From Tetramitus jugosus (taxonomy: Eukaryota; Protista; Heterolobosea): a stretch of 64,000 bases of DNA. The notes beneath the pieces were generated by a model that was given only the letters and a program-made list of their open reading frames with translations, was not told the DNA's origin and did no database searches. Made by a program: the position numbers and the translations under genes. Below, in pieces: positions 45,048 through 55,529 of this stretch. Numbering within the stretch: the first letter of the stretch is position 1; the number at the start of each line of letters is the position of its first letter. The stretch covers positions 310,001 through 374,000 of the forward strand of contig OW569379.1 of assembly GCA_937625935.1 (NCBI GenBank), written 5' to 3'.

Positions 45048-46400
45048 ATGAGTCATCGACGACATCACCAGCAACATCGCTCCTCCAAACCCTCTTCATC
45101 TTCATCAAAACATCATCACAACTCTCGTGATGATTCTCCGAAATCAACCCATAACAACAACAACAACAATAATAGCAATGACAATAACAACGACTCATCG
45201 ACTACTACCACCACCTCTTCTCTCAAAAAAGTCATTACATCATTCGAAGACTTGAATCTCAAACCAGAGCTACTCAGAGGAGTATACGACTATGGCTTTG
45301 AAAAACCAAGTGCCATTCAACAACGTTCCATTGCTCCTATTCTGTCTGGTAGAGACGTTATTGCACAATCACAGAGTGGAACTGGTAAAACCGCCACTTT
45401 TAGCATGTCTGTTCTTCAATTGATCCAAACTGATAATCAACAACAACAACAGAGCAGTAGTTCATCATCATCTTCACGCACTCAAGCACTCGTATTGTCA
45501 CCTACGCGTGAACTTGCTCAACAGACACAACGTGTCATGAGTGCTCTCGGTGATTACATGAATGTCAATGTCTATGCATGTGTCGGTGGTAAAAAAGTGG
45601 GTGATGATATGAGAAAGTTGGAGAGTGGAGGAGTTCATGTGGTGAGTGGTACACCGGGTCGGGTCTATGACATGATTCAGAGAAAGTGTCTCGATACGAA
45701 ACATATTCGTATATTGGTGTTGGACGAGGCTGATGAAATTTTGGCTCAGGGCTTCAAGGAACAAATTTATCAAATTTATCGATTTTTGAAATCGGGTACG
45801 CAGATTGTTCTGGTGAGTGCGACGCTGTCACAAGAAGTGCTGGATATGGCGGAGCAGTTTATGACGAATCCGGTGCGTATTCTTGTCAAGAGAGACGAAT
45901 TGACACTCGAAGGCATCAAACAGTACTTTGTTGCGGTGGACAAGGAGGAGTGGAAGTTTGAAACGTTGTGCGATTTGTATGATACGCTCACGATTACGCA
46001 GGCAGTCATATTTTGTAACACGAGAAACAAGGTTGAGTGGTTAACAAAGAAGATGAGAGAGAATCATTTCACAGTGAGTATGATGCACGGTCAACAGCCT
46101 CAAAAGGAAAGAGAACAGATTATGAACGAGTTTAGAAGTGGAAATTCGAGAGTTTTGATCACAACTGATGTGTGGGCTCGTGGTATCGATGTCCAGCAAG
46201 TCAGTTTGGTGATCAATTATGATTTGCCAATGAATCGTGAAAACTATATTCATAGAATCGGTAGAAGTGGAAGATTTGGTCGAAAGGGTGTTGCAATTAA
46301 CTTTGTGACAGATAAGGATGTCGGCATTCTGCGGGACATTGAGCAACACTATTCGACGACTATTGACGAAATGCCGATGAATGTCGCTGATTTGCTCTAA
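45048..46400 (+). CDS. EIF4A3: Exon-junction-complex DEAD-box helicase eIF4AIII
   Basis: [61 protein letters not shown]. Confidence 0.95.
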   Translation: MSHRRHHQQHRSSKPSSSSSKHHHNSRDDSPKSTHNNNNNNNSNDNNNDSSTTTTTSSLKKVITSFEDLNLKPELLRGVYDYGFEKPSAIQQRSIAPILSGRDVIAQSQSGTGKTATFSMSVLQLIQTDNQQQQQSSSSSSSSRTQALVLSPTRELAQQTQRVMSALGDYMNVNVYACVGGKKVGDDMRKLESGGVHVVSGTPGRVYDMIQRKCLDTKHIRILVLDEADEILAQGFKEQIYQIYRFLKSGTQIVLVSATLSQEVLDMAEQFMTNPVRILVKRDELTLEGIKQYFVAVDKEEWKFETLCDLYDTLTITQAVIFCNTRNKVEWLTKKMRENHFTVSMMHGQQPQKEREQIMNEFRSGNSRVLITTDVWARGIDVQQVSLVINYDLPMNRENYIHRIGRSGRFGRKGVAINFVTDKDVGILRDIEQHYSTTIDEMPMNVADLL

Positions 46401-46416
46401 AATTGAAATAAAATGA

Positions 46417-47916
46417 TTATTCTTTTATGAAACCAAAAGAACGTGGACCTGTTGTTTCCAATGGAGCGACATTGTAGTCAATATGAGCTCTCAGTGCACC
46501 AAGAGTCAAACCAATTGCCTCCATGGACTGAATGGTTCTCACTCCTTGATGTGGCACCGGGTTGACAACCTTATCGACAAGTGTCACAGCATCTGTGCCA
46601 TAGACAATCTTCTTATCATTCTCAATGCACTTGTCCAGACCTTCAGGCCCTCCAAACACAACGAGCATGTGCTTGAAGCTAGGCAGTGAAAAATCTGGTT
46701 GATCCACATTGTGACCCGTGTTCAAATCACCAGTCGTCACTGTTAAATCATAACCTTCTTCATAACCACTGGCAGAGAAGACTTCGCTCAGACTATTTGC
46801 CATACGAACACCGTATCCCCAGTAGAGACCTTCGTTTTCTTTTGGACTCGATGAAGAAACAACCTTGCCCTTGTATTCAAACTTGTCTTCAGAGTACGTT
46901 TCAACAGTGACTCTCAAACCAGCGGGGATTCCTTCCTGTTCCAATCGAACCAACTTTTCCCGTCCAATATAGGCACAATCACCCTCGACAGTAATACCTT
47001 CTCTGTACGCATGTGGAAACTCTAATGGCAACAAGTGATAGGAACTCTCCAGAGAAGGCAAATCAAACTCATCACTCGAAAATAATCGTACATGAGGGAA
47101 CAACTTGGGTCGCAAGTAAATAGGAGTGTCCAAATAGTAGAGCATATTGGCCAAGAAGACATTGTGATCACAAACAATTCTCTTTCTAAACTGTTTCCTC
47201 TCAGTGCTGCTTGATTCATCTTGATTGTTGGTGGACTCACCTTGATGCTGATCACCATACTGTTCTTGTTCTTCTTCCTCATAGTACCCGTAGCCACCAT
47301 AGCCACCTTGCTCTCCTTCACCATAAGCTTCTTGTTCTTCTTCACCTTCAGTCAAACGTTTTCTTGGTGGTCTTGCCTTGACATTGGGCAAAAAGTTTTT
47401 CATGTCAAGCTCCTTTGCCTCTTCATTGTAAACAATGATTTCATCGACACGATACAGTGCCAATGTTCTTGCTATTTGTAAGCTAATGTGTGCCTTTAGC
47501 TCTTCACTTTGATCTCTCTTCAGGAGGGATCCAGGTATAGCTACAGACACTGTGTAATTTTGTCTCTTGTACACCTCACTTGGCTTTTGCTTCTTGTCGC
47601 TCAGAGTGGTTTGCGTAGATGGCTTGGCGGCATTTAGTTGAGAATCGCGCTTTCGTTTGGCGCGCAAAACTTTTTTTTGTCGCTTCTTTTTCTCCATTTC
47701 TTTTTTGCGCTCTTCATCGAGTCGTTCCTGTTCTTCTGGTGACAACTTTTTTTGTTTCTGGTTCTTCTTAGCATCGGATGATCTCAAAATTTCAGAATCA
47801 AGCTCTTGACGCTTCTGTTGCAGACGATATCCCTTTTTTGAGTTTTCATCGTCACTGCTTTCGTCATAAGTGGAGATGACACTCTCCAGTTTCATGCGTT
47901 TCGTTGCTCTAGGCAT
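46417..47916 (-). CDS. SPOUT1: SPOUT-family RNA methyltransferase (C9orf114/SPOUT1-like)
   Basis: TVSVAIPGS, QIAR..RVDEIIVY, TPIYLR, YREG, GLYWGYGVR, HMLVVFGG, QGVRTI. Confidence 0.85.
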   Translation of the reverse strand: MPRATKRMKLESVISTYDESSDDENSKKGYRLQQKRQELDSEILRSSDAKKNQKQKKLSPEEQERLDEERKKEMEKKKRQKKVLRAKRKRDSQLNAAKPSTQTTLSDKKQKPSEVYKRQNYTVSVAIPGSLLKRDQSEELKAHISLQIARTLALYRVDEIIVYNEEAKELDMKNFLPNVKARPPRKRLTEGEEEQEAYGEGEQGGYGGYGYYEEEEQEQYGDQHQGESTNNQDESSSTERKQFRKRIVCDHNVFLANMLYYLDTPIYLRPKLFPHVRLFSSDEFDLPSLESSYHLLPLEFPHAYREGITVEGDCAYIGREKLVRLEQEGIPAGLRVTVETYSEDKFEYKGKVVSSSSPKENEGLYWGYGVRMANSLSEVFSASGYEEGYDLTVTTGDLNTGHNVDQPDFSLPSFKHMLVVFGGPEGLDKCIENDKKIVYGTDAVTLVDKVVNPVPHQGVRTIQSMEAIGLTLGALRAHIDYNVAPLETTGPRSFGFIKE

Positions 47917-48408
47917 GGTTGATATGGTATGTTGTTGGTGGTGGGTATTTGTTGGTGTTGGTTGTGAGTTTGTTTTTTGGTCCAAGCAAATTTTTGTTGG
48001 TGCATGTACTTGTTGAATGTTCAATGTGAAATGATCGGAGAAAAACAGGTGGAAAAGATGGAGATAGAGTGTTCGTTTATTTGTCATGCATGGTTGAGTT
48101 GTATGCAAATTTACTCTATTATTTTTCACATTGTGGACTGCATCATTCTTGGGGTAGAGCAGTTGAACTATTCTTGATGTGCACGCTTGTCCGAATTGAA
48201 TGAAAATGGATCTTGGGTTGCTTGACAAATTTGAATCATGCTTGCGCAGTTTGTTTGAAATCTATTCTGACGAAGGAATGCAAGTTAGTAATATTAAGGG
48301 GTTAGTGTACAATCAATAAAAATTCTTCGTTGTCAGTCTCGACGGTGGTTCCAATATCTTTGTCCTCTGTTGTTGTTCATACCGAATTATTTACAAAATA
48401 CCTTCTAC

Positions 48409-49965
48409 TTATCTGATGCTTCTCATTGAGAAAGAGCTTGACTTTCCTCCCATAGTGTCCTTGTTCAAGAAATTTTGTGCCATGGCATCTGAGCCAGGAG
48501 TGTTGGCAGAAGGAGTGGAGAAGATCTTCCAGAATCTAAGAGTTTCATCTCCAGCTCCACTGCAAACGGTGGCACCATCAGGGCTTTGAGCAAGATGCAA
48601 GACACGAGACTGATGACCAGTCAATTCAGCAACCTTGGCCAAACTTGGATACTTCCAAACGCAAAGTTGGTTTTGACTGAATCCATGAGAGCTAACTAAT
48701 TCTCTCTCATTCTTGGACCAAACAATGGAACAGACTTGGGATCCGGTGTCAATATGATTCAACATTGAACCTGTGGCAGTATTCCAGAACATAATCTTTC
48801 TGTCTGATGTACCACCTCCAGATGCCAACAAATGATTTTGCCATGGGCACCAAGCAAGAGCCTTCACGGCAGCAGTATGCTCTCTAATCGCAAATCTTGG
48901 AGTAGAGACAGTTGGACCGCTTGTCATAGCTTGGTTCTTGTCCCAAATGTTCAAAACATTGTCATTACCACCAGAAGCCAATTGAGTTCCATCGGGTGAC
49001 CATTTCAAACCACAGACCTCAAAATCTTGATGTCCATGGAGAGTAGAAATGTGATGCTTTGCGATTCTGACATCATGATTCAGAATCATACCATCCTTGC
49101 CACCAGAACTCAAAATATAGCTGTTCCATGAAAGAGAGCTGACTCTAGCCGCATGTCCCTTCATTGTTCTGACTTGCTTTCCTCTGTTAATGTCCCACAA
49201 TTGGACGTCATTGTAATTTGTACCAAGAGCCAAGTAGGATCCATCCTCGACCCATGACAAACTGGTAATATAGTTATCAGGTTGTGCACAGTCCATCAAT
49301 TTCTGGATGTCACCACTCTCAGCATTCCACAAGTACAAAGAGCCACCCAAAGCAACAGCCAAAATATTTCTGCTACTCCAATCTAACAAGTTCAAGTAGT
49401 AGTCATCAACCATACCAGGAGCATCCAAAATTCTTTCTGGAGCTTGGGCAATGTGTCTTGAGGCTAACATTGCAGGGTTGGAGCCGCTTCTTGATCTTTC
49501 GTGAGAACCCACTCTGTTTTGCGAGTAGAGTACACGTAGGTTGTTTTGCCAGGATTTTGGAGCTTCAGGAGCCTTTTCAGACATTGCCAAGATCTTAACG
49601 TCATTTCCAGACATCTTTCTACCATTGAACATTCTTTGTTCCAGGCAGGCTTGATAGACAGACGCATTTTCATCGATTGGTTGGTTGGTTTGGCCTTGGT
49701 TCATCTGTGCATCTTCACCAAGATCCATTTGCTGTTCTTGTTGTTTAAAGGATGCTTCCATCATGTTGTACCTTGCTCTTTCCATGTCAACTGAGTTTCT
49801 GTTGGGTATGTAACGATCACCAGAAGTCGCCGATATGAATTCAGAGCTTTGGGCTTGAACTTGTCTCTGCTTTCTTAACCATCTAGGTTCAGCTGAACCA
49901 CTCATGTCAATATCAGAGCTCAAGTCCATATCAATATCCAAGTCATAGGTGTTCAAGTAAGACAT
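48409..49965 (-). CDS. CDC20: APC/C activator CDC20/Fizzy
   Basis: C-box DRYIPNR, KILA (KILR/Mad2-binding-like), ERILDAPGMVDDYYLNLLDWS, seven WD40 repeats, terminal IR. Confidence 0.93.
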   Translation of the reverse strand: MSYLNTYDLDIDMDLSSDIDMSGSAEPRWLRKQRQVQAQSSEFISATSGDRYIPNRNSVDMERARYNMMEASFKQQEQQMDLGEDAQMNQGQTNQPIDENASVYQACLEQRMFNGRKMSGNDVKILAMSEKAPEAPKSWQNNLRVLYSQNRVGSHERSRSGSNPAMLASRHIAQAPERILDAPGMVDDYYLNLLDWSSRNILAVALGGSLYLWNAESGDIQKLMDCAQPDNYITSLSWVEDGSYLALGTNYNDVQLWDINRGKQVRTMKGHAARVSSLSWNSYILSSGGKDGMILNHDVRIAKHHISTLHGHQDFEVCGLKWSPDGTQLASGGNDNVLNIWDKNQAMTSGPTVSTPRFAIREHTAAVKALAWCPWQNHLLASGGGTSDRKIMFWNTATGSMLNHIDTGSQVCSIVWSKNERELVSSHGFSQNQLCVWKYPSLAKVAELTGHQSRVLHLAQSPDGATVCSGAGDETLRFWKIFSTPSANTPGSDAMAQNFLNKDTMGGKSSSFSMRSIR

Positions 49966-50226
49966 TCTTGTGTTGTGGTGTTTGTGTGTTGTTTGATTTG
50001 GAGTTTTGATTGTTTTAATGCACGTCTTATGTGTATTAAGGATGATGGTGTTGTGTTAGTGTTTGTGTGTTGTATCTTTTTGGTTTGGGTCATAACATTT
50101 CTAGCAAAGTCTGGAATTTAAATTCTCTGCTCCGGAAACAAATTTCATAACGGTCAGTTGTTGTTTCTCCGCATTCAAATTACAAAAAACTTCGGACAAT
50201 TTAGATTGATTGTTCAAAACTTTATT

Positions 50227-51792
50227 TCAGCTTTGACAGATAATGTCAATGTCCGAGGCAAATTTCTTGATCCTTAGCTCGTTGAAAGCGGCGTAAGAGA
50301 TCATCTGATGGAAGAACATACTCATTGGAGCTACATTCTGCACAGTTAGTTCTGTTAGTGAGTTAATATATTCAGTTTTTCGTCGTCCCCCGAATAGTAG
50401 TATTCTCGAGTTCCAGGTGAGTACAGATGTCATCGAGTTTTGTGCTTCCAAGGGAGGATTAAATTGAGCTTCAGTCCATGTCTTTGTGCCAAAATCAAAT
50501 AAATGACAATCTGAGAAGTAGTTTTGAGCACTACCAAGCATTACCATTAATCTATCCTCAAGGTCAGTCATCGATTTGACCATGACGCTCGTATGCGACC
50601 ACCTCTGGGGTGGATTACAATCTGTATTCTTTGGTTTTACTTCTGTCCACTCGTTGCGTTTAAAGTTATATTCGTACAAGTAGGAGAAGTATTGCGTTCG
50701 ATCCCATCCTCCAAACTTTACCAATCGTTCTTCATCATACGACATGACCGAAGAATGACATGTGGTGGGTTCAATCTGACACAATGGATTGTAGTTCTGT
50801 AATTCCTTCCATTCATGAGTAATAAAGGAGAATATCCACAGATCATTCAATACTTTTGTTCCATCGAATCCTGCATGAACAATCATCGACGTCTTGTTTC
50901 GTGTCAGTGTACAAGAATGAGCAGCCCTCGGTGGAATGAGTTGATCGCCTTTGTACTCAACCTTTGTCCACAGTTCTGTATCCAAATCGAACGACCACAT
51001 ATCATTGACCCATGAATTGTGGAAGTAACCACCAAACAGTATTAGACATCCATTTAACTCGACCAGAGAAGCAAACGAACACGGCCCAGGTTTCACAAGC
51101 CCCTTCTGCTCCACTACTTTCCATTCCAGGGTATTATCGCTCAATTCACATGCATTTGGATCCTTGTTGCAACAACAGTGATGTTTCTGATCCAATTGAT
51201 TTAAATCAAGACTAAGAAGTGCATCGGTTCGCGATGAATTCTGCACCCAACCACCATACACATACAATGTGTTTGTCTCATATCGAATGCACATGCAATG
51301 TCCATAAATTCCTTTAATCTTATTGGGATCAGAGGGAGCAAATGTTCTTGTGTTGATAACCAATGGAATTTTATCATGTGGATGAAACTGAAAATTATCG
51401 TCTGGGATACCTCTGCTCTCATACTTTTCGGAAACTTGCTCATCAATGACGGTGTGCTGCGTCGATGAAGATGTTGTGGGAAGTTCTCTCATTTCTTCAT
51501 CAATGTCCATTGCCGAGGATGAGGAGTGAGAGGAAGTGTGCGGAGTTGGTTGACCCATTGTTGATGAATGATGAGTCGTGTATGTTGATGATGCACTCCC
51601 ACTGGTTGCATACTGTTGATTGTTTTCATTGTTTTGACTGTCGTATCGCCGATGATGATGATTGTGTGTTCGTTCTGATTGAATTGTTGGTGGCGAGGAT
51701 CGATGACTTAGAGACTGCGATGCTCTCGTGAGGAAGCGATGACTTGATCTCCCTGAAGCGCTGGGCTGTGGACTCGCGTGTTGTTGAACCAT
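50227..51792 (-). CDS. Kelch-repeat protein
   Basis: Repeated (L/Y)xFGG...W motifs and PRAAHS/RWSHTS Kelch signatures. Confidence 0.85.
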   Translation of the reverse strand: MVQQHASPQPSASGRSSHRFLTRASQSLSHRSSPPTIQSERTHNHHHRRYDSQNNENNQQYATSGSASSTYTTHHSSTMGQPTPHTSSHSSSSAMDIDEEMRELPTTSSSTQHTVIDEQVSEKYESRGIPDDNFQFHPHDKIPLVINTRTFAPSDPNKIKGIYGHCMCIRYETNTLYVYGGWVQNSSRTDALLSLDLNQLDQKHHCCCNKDPNACELSDNTLEWKVVEQKGLVKPGPCSFASLVELNGCLILFGGYFHNSWVNDMWSFDLDTELWTKVEYKGDQLIPPRAAHSCTLTRNKTSMIVHAGFDGTKVLNDLWIFSFITHEWKELQNYNPLCQIEPTTCHSSVMSYDEERLVKFGGWDRTQYFSYLYEYNFKRNEWTEVKPKNTDCNPPQRWSHTSVMVKSMTDLEDRLMVMLGSAQNYFSDCHLFDFGTKTWTEAQFNPPLEAQNSMTSVLTWNSRILLFGGRRKTEYINSLTELTVQNVAPMSMFFHQMISYAAFNELRIKKFASDIDIICQS

Positions 51793-52071
51793 TATTGTGT
51801 GAAAGTGATTGGTGATATATGTACAAGCTAAATACAGTTGTTTTGTCGTCTCTGAGGAATAGTTGGAGGAATTGGACAGGGGGAGTTGACCTAATTTTTT
51901 ATTAGTTAATTTTTGTGCAGCAACAAACCAAGGCCATAAGTAGTTGATTCCGATGGGTTGACCTGCGGGGTATTTTCGCCGACCACAAAATTAGAAAATG
52001 AAAACTAAGGAACTAAATAAGGTTTCATGTGCACCCATACAGGTCTCAAGCATTTTGATTGTATTTAGGGA

Positions 52072-54657
52072 TCAGACATCTTCTTCGTATGAGGAGAAGT
52101 CAGAGTTGTTTTGCTCCTTTCTCTTCAGTTCAACTCTCATGAGACGGTGTCTTGTTCGAGCAACAGATTCAGCATGAAGCACGGCATCATGAAGCAAAAC
52201 GAAGCAATGTTCTTGCACTCGTTCATAGAGACCACCACCCTTGATCACCTTTTGAATGGATCGTTTCATTTGAGCATAATAGAGTTCAATCTTCATCCTG
52301 TCCAACATATCCTTGATCTCTATTAATGCACTGACTGCTGTAGAATCCACTTGACTTATACTACCACAGTCCAATACGATGGCAAACACTTCATGCTTGG
52401 ACTTTTTGATAAATTTCTTGACACGGTCCTTAAAGTACTGCACATTTGCAAAATAAATATCAGCATCGAACCTCGCAATAAGAACACCCGGAATCTCTTT
52501 GGCTTCTTTTTCCTTTGGCAGTTCGTGATAGGCTGTAGTTCCAGGCACTCGAGTCAACAGACAAAAACTTGGTCTAGAACTCAAGAACACAACGAGGACA
52601 AGTGAGGCGACAGCAGCGATCAAAATACCTTCTAGAATGCCAATGAACAATGTGCCAATGAGAGCTACCATTAAGAGAGCACAATCTCTTCCTTTTGTCT
52701 TGTAAGTAAAGTAGAGCGTTTCAAAATCAGGAATGTGTAGTGCAGAGTGAATCACTAGAGCAGCAAGTACAGGCATGGGCAGGTAATAGAACAATGGTGT
52801 CAAAACCAACAATGTTAGCAATACCACTGTACCCGTAATAAAACCAGCGAGCTGTGTTGTTGCGCCTGATCCAGCATTCACTGAAGTCCTACATAGAGAA
52901 CCTGTGCTTGTAAAGGACTGGAACAATGATCCAAAAAGATTAGCACTTCCAATTGCAATAAGCTCTTGATTTGGATCAATCTCGTATCCTCTCTGTGCAG
53001 CATAGTACTTTGCTGTTGAAATTGATTCCATGAAACCCATCACCATCACAGGTAACACCAAATACAAGATCTCTATGAGCTCGTCAAACGACAGACTAGT
53101 AAAACGTGGGAACTTGGGTCTGCGAATACCTGATGGCACTTTGCCCACAATTTCAATTCCAAAGACTTCCTTGTTGGAAGAATCGTAACCTCCGATCCTT
53201 TGTACCACAAGCATAGACAGAATACCAACAACCACAAGCAATAAACTACCTGGTAACCACTTGAATGAGATCTTCTTTGGGATCGTGAATTTCTTCCTTA
53301 GGATCGTAAATTTCACATCAGACTTTAAGTTAAAATGGAGGTGATCTATGAAATGCAGAAAACCAAGTGAACACAATCCAAGAGCAAGTGTGGGGAAGTG
53401 TATATCAGGTAAACTCTTAGCCACATTCAGCAGAGTAAACTGGATTCGATTGTCTTTTGGCAGATGAACGCCCAGAAAACTATGTAACTGAGAAGCGGCA
53501 ATGATGATTGCTGCAGCACTAGTGAATCCACTCAGTACAGGATGAGACAAAAAGTTAACAAGAAAACCTAATCGGAATACACCCATAAGTAACTGAATGA
53601 GTCCACCTAGCATTGCAAACATGACGGCAAAAGCTATATAATCTGATTCTGATCCTACTTTTGCGCCTAATTGCTGCAACGAAGAAGACACCATCAAAGC
53701 AGAAACGGCTGTCGGGCCAATTGCTAGTTGTCTCGAAGTACCCAAAAATGCATAAATAATAGTTGGTATCATCACTGTATACAGTCCATAAACAGGAGGC
53801 ATACCAGCAATTAAACTATACGCCATTCCTTGGGGAATCACCATGACACCTACTGTGATTCCAGCAATAATATCATTCTTCAAATCGGAAATGTGATGTC
53901 GATAGTTTGGCAACCACACTAAGAAGGGTAAAAACTTGGCCAAATATCGATAGACCTTTGATTGCGCGTTTTTCAGCTTTTCCAATCGATTCTTGGATGA
54001 GTCATTACTACGAGCAGAAGATAACAAATGATTGTTCTCACCTGCTTCAGAACCCTTACCCACCATCTGATATAGAGAAGCAATCGGAAACATGGTGGAA
54101 TTGTCCTTCATATTCTTTCTCGTAGCGGGAGATCCCATTTCAAATGCACTCGTGCCCATACTTGCACCACTCTCGGCTTCATAGTCATCTTCAATCACCT
54201 GATCAAACGGATGACAAAGATACTGCAACTGTTGTGCCAAATCATCATTCTTCTTGTGCTGATGATACTGGATCACTTCTTGATAATACTGTCGAAACAA
54301 TTGATGCTTGGCTCTCTGGATCATACCATGCAAAATCGGTTTCGAGGCCGGGTCATCCACATTGACATAATTGAGCTCAAGCTCCAACGAATGCTTCAAT
54401 CCAAGATAAAAATTGGTAAATTCAATCAGTGTTTCATCTTTTTTCTGTGCCTTCTCCTTTTCAATCTTCATGACGACAGTCAACTGATTCAGCAAGTCTT
54501 GATAGTACCTGAAAACAGCATCAACAACATTTAGCTTGATCATATTGAAAGGACTGGGAGTCAATGCAGGCATTTGAATAATCGAGTCCTGAGTGCTTTC
54601 ATCAACTTTTGCTTCCTTCTTTTCACTATCATCATGCTGATGATGAGTGCTCGTCAT
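52072..54657 (-). CDS. SLC26/SulP anion transporter with STAS domain (paralogue 2)
   Basis: DIIAGITVGVMVIPQGMAYS, GTSRQLAIGP, NQELIAIG; STAS LDCGSISQVDSTAV. Confidence 0.95.
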   Translation of the reverse strand: MTSTHHQHDDSEKKEAKVDESTQDSIIQMPALTPSPFNMIKLNVVDAVFRYYQDLLNQLTVVMKIEKEKAQKKDETLIEFTNFYLGLKHSLELELNYVNVDDPASKPILHGMIQRAKHQLFRQYYQEVIQYHQHKKNDDLAQQLQYLCHPFDQVIEDDYEAESGASMGTSAFEMGSPATRKNMKDNSTMFPIASLYQMVGKGSEAGENNHLLSSARSNDSSKNRLEKLKNAQSKVYRYLAKFLPFLVWLPNYRHHISDLKNDIIAGITVGVMVIPQGMAYSLIAGMPPVYGLYTVMIPTIIYAFLGTSRQLAIGPTAVSALMVSSSLQQLGAKVGSESDYIAFAVMFAMLGGLIQLLMGVFRLGFLVNFLSHPVLSGFTSAAAIIIAASQLHSFLGVHLPKDNRIQFTLLNVAKSLPDIHFPTLALGLCSLGFLHFIDHLHFNLKSDVKFTILRKKFTIPKKISFKWLPGSLLLVVVGILSMLVVQRIGGYDSSNKEVFGIEIVGKVPSGIRRPKFPRFTSLSFDELIEILYLVLPVMVMGFMESISTAKYYAAQRGYEIDPNQELIAIGSANLFGSLFQSFTSTGSLCRTSVNAGSGATTQLAGFITGTVVLLTLLVLTPLFYYLPMPVLAALVIHSALHIPDFETLYFTYKTKGRDCALLMVALIGTLFIGILEGILIAAVASLVLVVFLSSRPSFCLLTRVPGTTAYHELPKEKEAKEIPGVLIARFDADIYFANVQYFKDRVKKFIKKSKHEVFAIVLDCGSISQVDSTAVSALIEIKDMLDRMKIELYYAQMKRSIQKVIKGGGLYERVQEHCFVLLHDAVLHAESVARTRHRLMRVELKRKEQNNSDFSSYEEDV

Positions 54658-55529
54658 TTTCACAGAGGATGAGTCGTGCTATGAACAAAGGATGACGTTT
54701 GCTGGATGCTGGCTGAGAATTCTCACAACTTCGTCTCCGCTCAACTTCGCGCGTTTAGACGCGATTTCCTTGCGGGGTATTGAGTTAGAATTCCAGGTAT
54801 TCGACAGTGTCAGTTACCGTAGAGAATATATTTACAGGCACATTCAAAAGATTTGGCTCAACAACGGATAGCTTTTTGGTCTCCTCATAATGGATGTGTG
54901 TAGAGTTCCGTTGACGTTCGTAAGGAATCTTGTTGACCGTATTGACATCCGACGACGACACCCCAGATTCGATAGTTGAACCCAGTTTGTTTTTTCCGGC
55001 TTTCAAAAAAACTTTGTTGAGCTTCAACGCCAGAAAGCAGCCTGCTCCAGCCACCAGACCACCGAAAAACCAACCAAAAACACTGAAAAACCGATCATCA
55101 TCACCCAGAACACACTCAGAATATTCAAACAAATACTCTACACAAAATCTCTAAGTTCCAAACCATTCGCTCCCAACTCCTCTCTACTACGTCTTCCAAA
55201 TATAAAATCTCCTCCTAAGCTAAGCTCAATCTGAGTTCCTTTGTACAAAAAATCAACTTGTAGAGATTATTGTCAGCTATCACCACAAGGCGTATCCTCC
55301 AAAAAAATCCAATCTAATTTATTTCTCTTTTTCTTAGCGTGGAGAGAAACATCCAACAACAACACCTTCTAAGCCGAAATCTTTTTTCCCTCCAAAACAT
55401 CCAAAAAAAAAATCCAAAAGCTAAAAAACTTGACAGCTTTTTCTCTTAAGTCTTCCCCTCTCTTTTCCAACAACAACCCACCTACCCAAACCTATTACAA
55501 CAACAAACAATACCAAACAACAACAACAA

